A DNA stretch of 63,136 bases, filler included, from Octopus bimaculoides (Eukaryota): the NCBI RefSeq assembly GCF_001194135.2. It is 7 parts of 6 records of this genome, joined end to end, with 100 filler letters (N's around TTAATTAATTAA, not from the genome) between each part and the next. Parts side by side here need not be neighbours in the genome. Positions count along the whole stretch, not along the records: positions 24,664 to 41,012 come from NC_068994.1; positions 41,113 to 48,122 come from NC_068988.1; positions 48,223 to 59,553 come from NC_068981.1; 4 more parts are not named here. The stretch is one strand, 5' to 3'. Numbering within the stretch: the first letter of the stretch is position 1; each line of letters begins with the position of its first letter. The translations under genes and the position numbers were made by a program. Under the pieces are notes generated by a model. That model did no database searches. It saw nothing but the letters and a program-made list of their open reading frames with translations, and was not told the DNA's origin. Positions 35,238 to 49,083 of the stretch are shown one piece after another.

Positions 35238-36824
35238 GAAGTAAAAGTTAACCAGTGCATGTGTTTATTATTCATGTAATGACCCTTCCGAGATATAATA
35301 AAATCTGTTTCAACACATGATTCTTCCAAACCAAATACAAAAATGAAATATCTTGTAATATTTTTTAATAAAAACACTAGTAAAAATTTTCTGTTTTTTT
35401 ATTTTTCAAGGTCTTAGTAAAGAATAACAAAATTGTGTAACTCTTTCAAAACAGCAGCTGGTAGAGGCATTCAGAAGTTCAATAATACTTACAAGACTAC
35501 CTATCAATCCTATTGTTACTGAAGTAAGTTATTCAAGTTCACAGATGTTGAAAATGGCTACTGAATTTATAACTTTAAACCTTATTTGCAAATTGTCAGC
35601 TCTGGTATAGATACAACTAGGGGGTTTCTAAATGGTATATTATGACTCACTAATATATATATATATATATCATCATATTTCATATGTGTATTTTGTGTGC
35701 AAGATTCTTGATGTGGATACGTGTGTTGAAAGAAATACAACTAAACCTTGGGAGAGGCATTATGCCGGTAATAAACACACGCACTGGTTCAGTCCTTTAT
35801 TAATTTATAAACAGTATTTAGTTTTTTGTTAAATAATTTCATTGCACTCTTGCAATCTCTTCAGTAACTTGTCTCTCCACTTCCATTTATTTTGAATGTA
35901 TGATTTGGCGTTGTTTTGAAACTGTTCGGTATGAGCATGTGAGTGTGTGCAAGCTCGTATGTGTGCACGCACTTATGTGGTCGTGCTTATATGTAAGTAT
36001 GTGCGTCCATATGTGTGTTTGTAACAATTTTGTTTATATCAGATAAGATAGAGACTTTGGACTAGAATTACAGACCTTCTGTCTGTCTCCTGTTCATTTT
36101 CATATTCAGTGTATGTTATGTTGTTTGTTTATATATTTTTTCATTTATCAGGTAAGTTTTTTTATATGCCTGTGTGACTCTCTCTCTCTCTCCTTCATTC
36201 TTTTGCTTTTTGCTTCTCTATCCCTCTCACTTCTTTTCTAGCCTTTCTACTTATTCCTTTTCTTTCTCTCCCACTTGTATTCCTAGCCTTTCTCCTTCCC
36301 CTTCATCTCCTTTGCTTTTTTCTCTGTTACTCCCTCTCCCTGCTGTCCTTCTCCTCTGCCTGCTGCTGTCATGTGACCAGCTGCCAGTTCCTCTTTTCCT
36401 TTCTTTCTTAGACTGGTCCCTTATCTGACCAGTCGCAAATTCTCTGTCTCTCTGTTCTCCATCATTCAAGACATTTTGTAAGTGTTACCCACTATTCTCG
36501 TCTCCTTGGTCCCAAGGCCGTATTTTGTTTGACTGTTTGTCCTTGTCTACCATCCTAAATGACTCTGTGTCATTTTACTTGTTTTGTTTTGTTTGCTCTT
36601 GTCCCTAATTCCCCACAAAAAAAAAAAAGAAGTTTTTGCAGGCACTGCCAATTGGGAAGCACTCAGTCTTATCATTAAACTGAACAGTACCAATAAATTC
36701 GTCAATAAATAATGATGAATTATGGACCTTCTGTTTGTCTCCCATTCGTTTTTACATTCAGTATACATTACGTCATTTGTTTATACATTTTATATACATA
36801 TATATATATATCTATATATAGGGG

Positions 36825-36970
36825 GTGAATTCACAAAAAAACAAAAGATGAAGACAGGTGGTGTAGACAACAAACAGATGTATTAGTATAACGCTCGGGA
36901 AGTGAAAAAGTCTTTAATGTTTCAAGCCTACGCTCTTCCACAGAAATGAACACAGAAAGAAACAAAGAGA
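36825..36970 (-). mobile_element. Penelope-like 3'-end fragment with a degenerate hammerhead-like motif
   Basis: On the minus strand: CTGTGGA a GAGC gtag GCTT GAAA CATT aaag. Confidence 0.4.
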
Positions 36971-37740
36971 NNNNNNNNNNNNNNNNNNNNNNNNNNNNNN
37001 NNNNNNNNNNNNNNNNNNNNNNNNNNNNNNNNNNNNNNNNNNNNNNNNNNNNNNNNNNNNNNNNNNNNNNNNNNNNNNNNNNNNNNNNNNNNNNNNNNNN
37101 NNNNNNNNNNNNNNNNNNNNNNNNNNNNNNNNNNNNNNNNNNNNNNNNNNNNNNNNNNNNNNNNNNNNNNNNNNNNNNNNNNNNNNNNNNNNNNNNNNNN
37201 NNNNNNNNNNNNNNNNNNNNNNNNNNNNNNNNNNNNNNNNNNNNNNNNNNNNNNNNNNNNNNNNNNNNNNNNNNNNNNNNNNNNNNNNNNNNNNNNNNNN
37301 NNNNNNNNNNNNNNNNNNNNNNNNNNNNNNNNNNNNNNNNNNNNNNNNNNNNNNNNNNNNNNNNNNNNNNNNNNNNNNNNNNNNNNNNNNNNNNNNNNNN
37401 NNNNNNNNNNNNNNNNNNNNNNNNNNNNNNNNNNNNNNNNNNNNNNNNNNNNNNNNNNNNNNNNNNNNNNNNNNNNNNNNNNNNNNNNNNNNNNNNNNNN
37501 NNNNNNNNNNNNNNNNNNNNNNNNNNNNNNNNNNNNNNNNNNNNNNNNNNNNNNNNNNNNNNNNNNNNNNNNNNNNNNNNNNNNNNNNNNNNNNNNNNNN
37601 NNNNNNNNNNNNNNNNNNNNNNNNNNNNNNNNNNNNNNNNNNNNNNNNNNNNNNNNNNNNNNNNNNNNNNNNNNNNNNNNNNNNNNNNNNNNNNNNNNNN
37701 NNNNNNNNNNNNNNNNNNNNNNNNNNNNNNNNNNNNNNNN

Positions 37741-37845
37741 ATTGGAGCCTGGTGTAGCCATCTGGTTTCACCAGTCCTCAGTCAAATTGTCCAACCCATG
37801 CTAGCATGGAAAGCGGACATTAAACGATGATGATGATGATGATGA

Positions 37846-37849
<4 letters not shown>
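37741..37849 (+). mobile_element. RTE LINE 3' end with (GAT)n tail (body probably in the preceding gap)
   Basis: ccaacccatgctagcatggaaagcggacattaaac(gat)n. Confidence 0.85.
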
Positions 37850-37887
<38 letters not shown>

Positions 37888-38165
37888 TCAATTATGAATT
37901 ATAAGCAGTGCTAGTGTTGTAAACATTATCAAACACACACACTCAATGTATGTGTTTTGCTTGTTTGCTGGTAGGCTGCATCTTTAATGTGGTGGAGATG
38001 ACTCTCTCAAAGCCCCAGGTGTTAAAACACCTGAAGGTCATAGATAAGTGAGACAACTTGCCCCAAACCCCATTCAGGGGTGATGGACATCAATGTTTTG
38101 TCATTTTTGTGGTTTAACAACATCATGCACCTGAAATGAATTGTCAGCCCATGACTATGTATGTA

Positions 38166-38207
<42 letters not shown>

Positions 38208-38577
38208 CTACAAAGATTAAACTTTTTTTAAATGTGCAAAATACAAACTGAAATAGTAAATATGAAATCTTGATAGCTTTAGTGTTCATTTATAGAATAA
38301 AATAGTAAGTATTTAGTAATTTTCTCTAGCTTAAATTATTTATAGGCTAAAATATCTAAATATCTTTTCTCAATATACAATTTGAATTTATACAGACAGA
38401 GATTCAAAACGTTTGCATTTGTTTTAAAATGTTCGGCAGTGAGTAAAAAAATTTTTGTAAACCATTGTGAAATGCTGTCAAATGACAATTACATGTTAGT
38501 CTTTTTTACAATAAATAATTCTGAAACTAAGTCTGTCAAACTCAATGGTGTTTGAAGTAAGTTGTAAGTAGCATATA

Positions 38578-38800
38578 CTCTTTTACTCTTTTACTTGTTT
38601 CAGTCATTTGACTGCGGCCATGCTGGAGCACTGCCTTTAGTCGAGCATTTCGACCCGAGGACTTATTCTTTGTAAGCCTAGTACTTATTCTATCGGTCTC
38701 TTTTGCTGAACCGCTAAGTTATGGGGACGTAAACACACCAGCATTGGTTGTCAAGCGATGTTGTGGGGACAAACACAGACACACAAACATATACACACAC

Positions 38801-38843
<43 letters not shown>

Positions 38844-39008
38844 TACAACGGGCTTCTTTCAGTTTCTGCCTACCAAATCCACTCACAAGGCTTTGGTCAG
38901 CTCGAAGCTATAGTAGAAGACACTTGCCCAAGGTGCCACGCAGTGGGAATGAACCCAAAACCATGTGGTTGGTAAGCAAGCTACTTACCACACAGCCACT
39001 CCTGCGCC
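38578..39008 (-). mobile_element. Long tRNA-derived SINE, full length
   Basis: Reverse complement of the 56901-57292 family. Confidence 0.9.
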
Positions 39009-39378
39009 TATATGTAACAATTCTAACAATAAATTATTTATGCATTTAACCTTTCAGCTTATGGTTTATTCTGTCAAATAGAATGTTTGTTTATATTGTT
39101 TTGAATTAATCATATTACAGGACTGAGGTACCAAAAGGTGTAGGACATTGATGTGTTAATGCAAAATTATGAGCTCAGGAGAAGAACTCATCATCCTGCA
39201 TTACTACACTAAGTATTAGTAAGTTCTGTTTTACTGAGGTCACCAAATGATGATAATGATGATGAAAACAATCAACCCAATAGTTATCCTATCTACTTGG
39301 AGCTTTTCATTCTAAATTCCGAGCTCTACTGGATTTAATACAGGATTTGAAAAGGGGGGTTGAAGGAAACCAACTTAC

Positions 39379-39513
39379 TTTCCTCCGCACTTGTATTTAT
39401 TTGAACCATCACACGGAGAGGCACAAGGGATTGGTATTTGCTGCAGGACTGGTCCAAAGAATTTGCTAATTTTATGGAGTTTACGGATTCAACCATAAAT
39501 AAATTTGGAGTAT
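39379..39513 (-). CDS. PLPBP: PLP homeostasis protein, internal exon (human exon 5 equivalent), absent from the ORF track
   Basis: tttttcag|(D)TPNLFMVESVKLHKLANSLDQSCSKYQSLVPLRVMVQINTSAEE(S)|gtaagt. 135 nt, phase 1/1, in frame with 34853. Confidence 0.93.
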
Positions 39514-41112
39514 CTGAAAAAGAAACAAGACAAACATAAAACCAAGAAACATTTAGTTGTTGTTGTTGTTGTTTAGTTGCAAGTCAGTGTTGATTGGACA
39601 AACCAAAGATCAAAAGTCATTCTAATGAAGACCATTTTTTCCTTTTTTTTTTTTTCATTTTACAGTAATAGGTGCAGGCATGGTTGTGTGGTTAAGAAGC
39701 TTGCTTTCCAACTGTGTGGCCTTAGGTTCAGTCACACTGTGAGACACCTTGGGCATGTATCTTGAGCATGCACCCAGGGCACTCTGTAAAGCGGTAGGTA
39801 TTGATGATGATGATGATGATGATGAAGGGCATATAGTCGTAGAAACTATGCCAAAGATGACAGTGGAGCCCAAATGCAGCCCTTTGGCTTGCCAGCTCCT
39901 GTCAAACCATCCAACCCATGCCAACATGGAAAACAGACATTAAATGGTGATGATGGCCATGATGATGACGATGATGATATCTAATTTACAACCTATTTCT
40001 TTCATTTTTAATGTATTGGTTGGTAGTCTCTCAGAACAATTATTCTGAAGAGTAGCATGCTTTGAAAAGAGGTGAAATGTTCTGGTACAAATAATTCAGA
40101 ATTATCTCAGATATAGTCTTCATCAAAGATATTGAGAGCTATGATGATCAGCTGAGAGGACAGCAATTCATAGCTTGTCATTAGCACTGCACTGAGTTCA
40201 CAGTCAAAACACTACTTAACTCTCAACAGCTCTATTGAGATTACTGTGAGTAATTACCACAGAGTGGAATATCCCACTGCTGTAATCATATGAAAATTGA
40301 ACTGATAAATATTTGCCAAGCAGCAAGCAGACAGTGAGACTTCCAGTGAGCTTAGGCTCTGGTACAAGTACTAATGACCAAGTAATAAGATTAGTATTTT
40401 GCAGACTATTGATCTCATTTACATATGAAAGATTTTTCATTTCAAAAGAAAGGTTAATAGCCTGAAAATTTATAATCTTATGAAGAACAGCAACTCATCT
40501 CAGATATTCATATGATTCTAATCTGGATAGATTTGACAGTTGTATCACCATTGTTTAGTGCATAACAATAGATAGGACATCCAGCTGTAAAAATATGTCC
40601 TCTAATGAAATACCATCAGATATATTATACTTGGAAAAAGTAGTTTGTAAACTAGATAGGCTTACATTTGTTATATTTGCCTAAAGAAATATGGATTTAT
40701 AATGTCTCTTTCTCTTAACACACACACACACACACACACATATATATGGCAGCTGATGAAGGGGATGTTTCTATGTGGCCTGCTTGTTTGTTGCACCTTG
40801 TTTATCATTTTTGTCCTTGTTCTTTTGCCACGTCATGTACCCAGTTATGTATCTATATGTACATGTGGATGAACGTATATACATACATGTACATATATAT
40901 GCATATACTCATATATTGTTTTTGTATATATATATATATATATATATATATTTACTATATATACACATACATACAGATAGACAGAGATATGTAGTGGAAG
41001 TTAATTACTGTTNNNNNNNNNNNNNNNNNNNNNNNNNNNNNNNNNNNNNNNNNNNNTTAATTAATTAANNNNNNNNNNNNNNNNNNNNNNNNNNNNNNNN
41101 NNNNNNNNNNNN

Positions 41113-41416
41113 CAAACACACTATTTCTTTATTTCTTTCTCTCTCTCTCTCTGTCTGTCTGTCTGTCTCTCCTTCATGCGCGTACGCACAGATTTGACTT
41201 CGCCATGTCAACAAACTTCAAAATTGGTAAAAGTTTATCGATTTTTACAGCTATACGCGGGTGCCTCTGAGAGAAATATTTGGCGAAAATGCACATAATG
41301 TCATGACACATCTCCTCCTAAAATTGGAGCGACATGCGTGCTAATTTGTAGACGTGCATAAACTACATTCACGTACACACACACACAAACATCCTCTCTT
41401 TTATATATATACAGAT
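41113..41416 (+). mobile_element. Non-autonomous Helitron-like 3' part
   Basis: (CT)n/(CTGT)n, then ...acacacacacaaacatcctctcttttatatatatacagat terminus. Confidence 0.45.
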
Positions 41417-41495
41417 GAAATATGTATGTATATACATTGAGAGAGAGGGGAGAGAGAGTGGGAGAGAGAGGGAGAGAGAGAGAGGAGAGAGATAA

Positions 41496-41526
<31 letters not shown>

Positions 41527-41803
41527 AACTATATGGAGTTTTTTGCTAAGCTTTATTAACTGGAGGTCAAGGGAAATAACTCTATTCTGTTTAGCAATTT
41601 ACTTGCTAAATTTTGTCAATTTTGCTAGCAATTACTTTTAACGATATTTATGGTGGTTACACCATAGGTTGTCAGTGATGATGAAATTGATGAAAAGTGT
41701 AGTTGTAGCGAACTGTTAATAATAATATATATGAAATAAAAGATATTATTAAAAAATATAATGATGATGATGATGCTCGTTGTGGTGATTATGAGCAGTT
41801 GCA

Positions 41804-41920
<117 letters not shown>

Positions 41921-42419
41921 AGTTTCCTATTTTTACACAAGGCCTGCAGTTTCGGGTATCAGCTGATACTTATTTTATCGACCTCGAACGGATGAAAGGT
42001 AAAGTCGATCTCGGCAGAATTTGAACCAAGAACATAAGATGCTGCTAAGCACTTTGTACGGCGTGCTAACGATTCCGCCAGCTCAAGTCCTTAATGATGA
42101 TGATGATGATGATGATGATCAGTACCGTAGATTTGCTTGTCAGTTGCTGATCTTAACCAGTTGAGCATGTCCCATAGTGGTTAAAGATATATGCATCTCT
42201 GATCACGAGCAGAAGTCGAGGGGGAGCATCATAGCCATGTGTTGAGAAGGATTCTTTGGGGTTTGAATAATACACCCCTAGAAAACTAGGTGTTTCGTTC
42301 ATCCTCTTTAAATAACCCTTATTCAGGGACCCTTTAATCGGGATAGGCTACTAAACCTGAAGAAAAATCTAATCAGGCCCCGCCTGTATGATCATGGCTG
42401 CTGACTAATGACTGAAATA

Positions 42420-42872
42420 GGCGATCATTCGATAGTAGTACGCTAGTTGTCAACCAGTTTGTCAGCTGGTCAACCAGCTGGTCAACATGTCTTTGTTTAC
42501 ATCAATTCGCCAATTTCCGTAAAGAAAGAGGGAAAGGGCGTTAGTCAGCGCGAGCAGGTAGCAGACAGCAGGGACTCCTAACCCTAACCTTCCCCCTCCC
42601 TTCCCCCTCTCTTAAGAACACATGTCACTTATCACTTGCAAGTGTTTTTAAGAGAGTGTGAAAGAGAGAGAGAGAGAAAGCGAGTGATAAGTGACATGTG
42701 TTCTTAAGAGAGGGGGGAGGTTAGGGTTAGGAGTTCCTGCTGTCTGCTACCTGCTGGCGATGACTAACGCCCTTTCCCTCTTTATGGAAATTGCCGAATT
42801 GATGTAAACAAAGATATGTTGACCAGCTGACAAACTGGTTGACAATCAGCGTACTACTATCGAATGATCGCC
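42420..42872. mobile_element. 453-bp foldback MITE with 8-bp TSD
   Basis: CTGAAATA|GGCGATCATTCGATAGTAGTACGCT ... AGCGTACTACTATCGAATGATCGCC|CTGAAATA. Arms about 200 bp. Confidence 0.92.
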
Positions 42873-43779
42873 CTGAAATAGATAAAAAGAAAATAAGAGA
42901 TGGTCCCCTATTCTGCTAGAAAGAATAGGCAAATCAGCCCTTTGAATGGGCAAATTTTTTCGCGAAGTGGGCCACATGAGACATAGCTTAATCATCAGTT
43001 GGGCCACACTATTAGAAATATTCAAGGTAATTTTTTGTTGGTGTGCCATTCAGAAAATCCCGCGGGCCGCAGTTTACCAATGACTGCCTTAGACAATATC
43101 GTTCTGATAAACGAAGAGAGTGATTTGCTGTATCTGGAAAGCCATCAATCAAATTTCTGCTCGATCAGGGGTTAAACACCACCACCACCACGAATAGCAA
43201 CAACAACAATAAAAATAATCTGCACTTAAGTATCATCAAAGCAAACAAAAACAACACAGCAACAGTAAACTAAAACAATGCATTTAATGAGAATAGCAAT
43301 AATGACCGCTCAATTTCGTGTCAGCCTTTGTAATTATTTCAATGACGTCACCTTGTTTTAGCGATAATTCTTTACGTTAGTATGTGACCATTTATAAATA
43401 GTTAACTTAATGACAATGTATAATCAGTCGGATGAAATACCAAAGACGAATGTAGAGTAAATTTAGGGTATGATAACAAAATAGAAAAGTTTATCATATC
43501 GTTTTAAAAGCTTTTGACAGCTATGTATGTATGTACGTATGTATGTATCTATGCGTGTGTGTCTGTCTGTCTGTGTGCGTGCGCGTGTGTGCGTGTATAT
43601 TCCTTATGCATGCATAATGCATGCGTATCAGTTATCTTCACAAATATGAAACAAGAGCACTCAGAGAGCGCAAACCTCCAGCAAGGCAAAACCAACGTCA
43701 TCCCAACGATTAGCCGGAGGTGATTTTTAAAATGAGAATATCTGAAATAAGCTCGACTGCACTCACAAATGAGGATACT

Positions 43780-44021
43780 AAAAATGAACCCGACCGCTCT
43801 CAAAAATTAAGTAAAAAAGCAGGAAAAATAACCCAGAAAGCTTTCCGGTACCGAATCGAACCCCAAATTTAATCAGTTCGGGCCAGTCACGAAACCAAAC
43901 ATCCCTGAAAGTTTCATTCGAATCCACCCAGCGGTTCTTGAGATATCTTGTCCACGGACAAATAAACAAACAAACAAACACGACTGAAACAATACCTCTG
44001 CCTTTGCTAAGTCGGAGGTAA
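43780..44021 (+). mobile_element. Helentron-associated (HINE/DINE-like) element
   Basis: aaatttaatcagttc, aagtttcattcgaatcc, (AAAC)n, terminal hairpin tacctctgcctttgctaagtcggaggta. Confidence 0.7.
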
Positions 44022-44059
44022 TGAAGCAAGTTCTATGTTTAAGAGACACTATACGTGCG

Positions 44060-44432
44060 GTAATATGTGTGTGCGTGTGTGTGTGTCTGTGCGTGTGTGT
44101 GTGTGTGTGCATGTTTGTGTATATGTGCGTGTGTGTTAGTTTGTGTGCATGTGTGTATACATATTTGTGTTTGTGTATAAGTGTGTGTGTGCATGTTTGT
44201 GTTTATGTATATGTGTGTGTTAGTTTGTGTGTGTGTGCATGTTTGTGTTTGCGTATGTGTGTGTGTGTTAGTTTCTCTGTGTGTGTGAATTTTGTGTTTG
44301 TGTATATGCGTGTGTTAGTTTGCGTGTATGCGTGTGTGTATGTGTGTGTGTGTGTATGTGTGTGTATGTGCATATTTGTGTTTGTATATATGTGTGCGCA
44401 TGTTTGTGTTTGTGTGTGTGTGTGTGTGTGTA
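44060..44432. repeat. Compound (TG)n-rich microsatellite
   Basis: Degenerate tgtgtg arrays. Confidence 0.9.
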
Positions 44433-44659
44433 CACTTCGCTGACACGATACATTTACATAGACGCTGCTATGTTATCAAATTCCTTCACATTTACGTATA
44501 GAACAATACAAAAGAGTCAAGGACGAAAAATGGGGTCCCTTTTGAAAGCTGCAGACATATCAGATACAATTAGACTTCCTCAATGACGTTCTTCAACGCT
44601 AAATGATTTTTGGTCTTTCGGTAAGGGGAATAAAATGATTTCATTAGCTTCGAGCAGTA

Positions 44660-45075
44660 ACATGTTTCAGATGAGCAATTTAATGGCCAGTGAGAAGCAA
44701 CTGAGATAGAAGTCTTGAAATCTGTGAAGCCTCCATATAGTTCTATTGAGAACCTTTGGACAATGCTGTGGCGAGAGTCATTGACACCCCTGTGGGATTG
44801 GAAGAATGGACTAGCCGAACTCTTATAAAACGTAGCGTATTGGTTGATTCGGGAGAGAAGTCGTGGGAGTCGTTGAGAGTTCGTGGAAGTCGTAGGAAGT
44901 CGTTGAGGGTTTGTATCATATTTATTGGAGTATCGTGTTTAGTGGAGTATTTTGAAGTACGCCGTGTGAAGACAGTTGTGTCTATCTCCGCTTCATGAAA
45001 TCTGTATATCCAACGTATAGAAGGATATATAAGTGGCTACGAGGATATCCACTTATAAAAGTGGCGACGAGTTTA
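44660..45075 (+). mobile_element. Possible LTR with primer-binding site (Gypsy-like)
   Basis: TATAAAA, short internal repeats gaagtcgt(g/a)g, ends ...aagTGGCGACGAG (PBS-like). No internal ORF seen. Confidence 0.3.
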
Positions 45076-46392
45076 TTCCAAGCTTATGTCGGACGTTAAC
45101 ATTTTCTTTTGATACAAAATCAAAGAAAAATTAGTTGACACGGAAAACTTGTACATATTATATATANNNNNNNNNNNNNNNNNNNNNNNNNNNNNNNNNN
45201 NNNNNNNNNNNNNNNNNNNNNNNNNNNNNNNNNNNNNNNNNNNNNNNNNNNNNNNNNNNNNNNNNNNNNNNNNNNNNNNNNNNNNNNNNNNNNNNNNNNN
45301 NNNNNNNNNNNNNNNNNNNNNNNNNNNNNNNNNNNNNNNNNNNNNNNNNNNNNNNNNNNNNNNNNNNNNNNNNNNNNNNNNNNNNNNNNNNNNNNNNNNN
45401 NNNNNNNNNNNNNNNNNNNNNNNNNNNNNNNNNNNNNNNNNNNNNNNNNNNNNNNNNNNNNNNNNNNNNNNNNNNNNNNNNNNNNNNNNNNNNNNNNNNN
45501 NNNNNNNNNNNNNNNNNNNNNNNNNNNNNNNNNNNNNNNNNNNNNNNNNNNNNNNNNNNNNNNNNNNNNNNNNNNNNNNNNNNNNNNNNNNNNNNNNNNN
45601 NNNNNNNNNNNNNNNNNNNNNNNNNNNNNNNNNNNNNNNNNNNNNNNNNNNNNNNNNNNNNNNNNNNNNATATATATATGTGTGTGTGTGTGTAATCCCT
45701 CTTAACTGCTTTGAGACGTCAACTGGATTAAGCGAAGTAGCATATTTTTATTGTACTTAATTATATTATAATATGCTTTGTTCTAATATCAGATTTCTTA
45801 CATTGCAGTACTTAAAAAACACCTTCTCTGACAGTGTTATGTGTTCTGCTTAATTTGATCAATGCGATATCGTTCCACTTCTAGAATTTCTTTTCCACGT
45901 CTCATTCATCTAATTAAAATCTGCTCACAATTAATAACCTATGAACATTGTCATTGTTTTTTGAGACATTTTAATTGAATTGTTTTTTGACATATTTCAA
46001 TTACTACTTGTCCCTTTATCTGAATTTTAATCTTTTTTCTTCATATAAGCTTATTTGGAAAGTTCAGTTTCTTACTCTTGTTTCTGTCTCTATTTTTATT
46101 GTCTCAATTCTTAATCCCACTTGATTCGATCAATTCCCCAAGTCGTATGCTATTTTCAGTAACTCTGTTTCACCACCAAACCACTACCACAACCACCGCC
46201 ACCACAACCATCACCACCACTACCATCACCACCATCAGCACCACCATCACCAGGACCACCATCACCATCACCACCAGCACCACCATCACCACCACAGCTA
46301 CTATTACTTATAGTAGTAGAACTTCTACTTGTTTCTCACGCTTAACAAAGCATCCATATAAAAGTTGGTGTTTCATAAACATTCTTCTGCGA

Positions 46393-46487
<95 letters not shown>

Positions 46488-46490
<3 letters not shown>

Positions 46491-47525
46491 GGTGTGATGG
46501 GTAAATTGTTTAATTTTGAGCATGCACATTTTTTGTTTTTGATTTTGTCGACTACACAATACAATATAGTAGGGTCAGTTGGACACCAGTTGTGAGAAAA
46601 ACAGCACCATGACGCAATTCATTCTGCCAAAAATTTGGAAACATGTTGTACAGCCTTGCACGTGCCAGAAGCTCCAGTACGAACATCTCACAGTGTTTCG
46701 CTGAGGACTGTGCAGAGGATTCCGAAAGAGCTGGATGAGCCTAATGTTGATTACGAAAGTACGGCAGCTCGGAAAACTCGCTTCGATCGTTCTGATAAGA
46801 AAAAAACTTTTGAATTTGTGGGTGAGATCTAGGCTATGATTGACAACGACCCCTCCAAGTTAATCAGGTCAATCGCCAGGAACATGGGAGTGTCTGAGCT
46901 TCTTATCAGACAGGTAGTGCATAAAGACATTCGGTATTCCTCATACAAGATGAGAAATGGCCAATTTTTATCTCAAACCATCAAGGACAAGACGAAAGAC
47001 CGCGCTACGAAGCTTTTGAACAAACACTAGCATCCCTTCCAACCGAGCATGCTTTAGTTTTTCTCAGACGAGAAAAATTTCTGCCAGGATCAGATGGTGA
47101 ACACACAGAACAACCGTTGGCTTGCCGTGTCCCCAAAACATGTACAGAGAGTAATAAAGATCAAACATCCAGTCAACATCATGATGTTTGGAGTGATTAC
47201 TAGTGATGGCAACGTTATGCCTCCATTCATCTTTTCACACGGCCTCACACTCAACACGGAGACCTACGTCAAGTGCCTGGAGGAGGCAGTGCTGCCCTGG
47301 ATCAAGAGGGTGGCTGCTAGAAGACTCTATGTCTGGCAACAAGACTCTGCACCATGCCACAAAAGAAGGAGAACCCAGTCATGGCTGTCAGACAATTTCT
47401 GAGGTCATATCACCCCTAACCCGACTGCAACTCCCTTGATTATTATGTGCGGGGCGCAGTTGAGCGAGAGACCAACAAAATTTTTAAAACACCAAAAGAT
47501 GAACTGAAGGCAATGATTACCGCAG
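46488..47525 (+). mobile_element. Tc1/mariner transposon (maT/DD37D-like), decayed, 3' end lost
   Basis: (TA)n|CAGGGTGTGATGG terminus; FFSDEKNF, NTQNNRW, MMFGVITSDG, WQQDSAPCH, PLDYYV. Confidence 0.9.
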
Positions 47526-47840
47526 CACTGATTGAAAACTACTGGTCTAGATTCAAAGTCTAAGGTTGTGATCTTGAGCACAAGGGAATTCAGGGCATCG
47601 ATTAAGTCTTCCCTAAGTTTATTGAGAGTTTTCGATTATTAAAACGCATGTAAAGAAATATCAAAAATACGAATAATTTGTTTTCTGTTCATTTCAACTA
47701 AATGTGGCTCTAGTTACTACATTATAATCCGAGGCCATATGAATACCACTTTAGATATTTAGTATAATGTAAGGGAAAACCGGGCCTGATTTCTATAGTA
47801 ACTTGCCATAATAAGTATGTGTGTATGTAGATACACGCGC

Positions 47841-47876
<36 letters not shown>

Positions 47877-48638
47877 ACACACAACAATTATCAAGCCATT
47901 CACATGGAATATCAGTGTTCATCTCCATGTTCCATATGATAATCTTGATAACTGTTGAGGCACTGCCCTTAACATGAAAACAATAGAAGCCTTAACCCAT
48001 AATTAAGAATATTTATATACCAATGCAATGATGAGCACTCATTCTCACTGTCCTATATTAATGTATGTATGTGTGTGTGTGTGTGTGTAAGTATATATGT
48101 ATATATATATATATATATATATNNNNNNNNNNNNNNNNNNNNNNNNNNNNNNNNNNNNNNNNNNNNTTAATTAATTAANNNNNNNNNNNNNNNNNNNNNN
48201 NNNNNNNNNNNNNNNNNNNNNNATTATATACATATACTTACGTACACACATACTCACACACGCATACATACACACATATATACTCACATACAGATGTGTG
48301 TGTATGTCTGTGTTTATACATGCATGCATATACACATACACCCATACACACACATGTGTGCATGGAGTATGGCTTTTCTTTCAGAACTATTGTATGGAGA
48401 ACACGACTTAATTTCTAGATTTAATTTTTTTTAATTTCAATTACTTTTTTTAAATTCATATTCTAACATGTAGGAACGAAGCATTTGATTGTTCCGAATG
48501 AGCTGTGAGTGACTCGTGCGAAAATACGAAACGGAAGCCCTTAACAAATTATGTCAAAAATATAACATGTTTGTGTTTCCAGTACAACACACAAAGACAC
48601 ATATTACATATACACAATGCCTAGTAATGATAAGTACT

Positions 48639-48730
<92 letters not shown>

Positions 48731-48743
48731 TAATAATAATAAT

Positions 48744-49060
48744 AAATACCGCCCTGTTAAGTACGAAATAGCCCGGCTAAGGAAAAGGAAGAAGGTGAAG
48801 ATAGTACCAGTTATTGTTGGGCCCTTGAGAAGAGGAGTACCAGAAGGCATCAAGAGGAATATAAAGGTAATTGGAATAGAGTTCCCGGTAGAACTGTTAC
48901 AAAAGGTTTGCCTCCTTGGCACGGCCAGAATAATCAGGAAAGTGTATTAGATAGCTGAAAAGAACGGATAGCGTGGTACCGTAGGCTGCAGGTAGCAAAC
49001 CCGCTACGCATGCAAGACTCCAGGAATTCACACAAAACCTATGATACAAAGAAAAGCAAT
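48744..49060 (+). mobile_element. 5'-truncated R4/Dong-like RLE non-LTR retrotransposon end
   Basis: KYRPVKYEIARLRKRKKVKIVPVIVGPL...LLQKVCLLGTARIIRKV, flanked by (TAA)n on both sides. Confidence 0.75.
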
Positions 49061-49083
49061 GAAATAATAATAATAATAATAAA

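Noticed and set aside
40044-40075. CTGAAGA-gtagcatgcttt-GAAA
   Set aside because: No stem III or cleavage triplet; expected by chance.
44021-44586. Cys/Val-rich ORFs (also 5850-6098, 30585-30950, 41749-41940, 46078-46497, 59286-59605)
   Set aside because: Translations of microsatellites and minisatellites.
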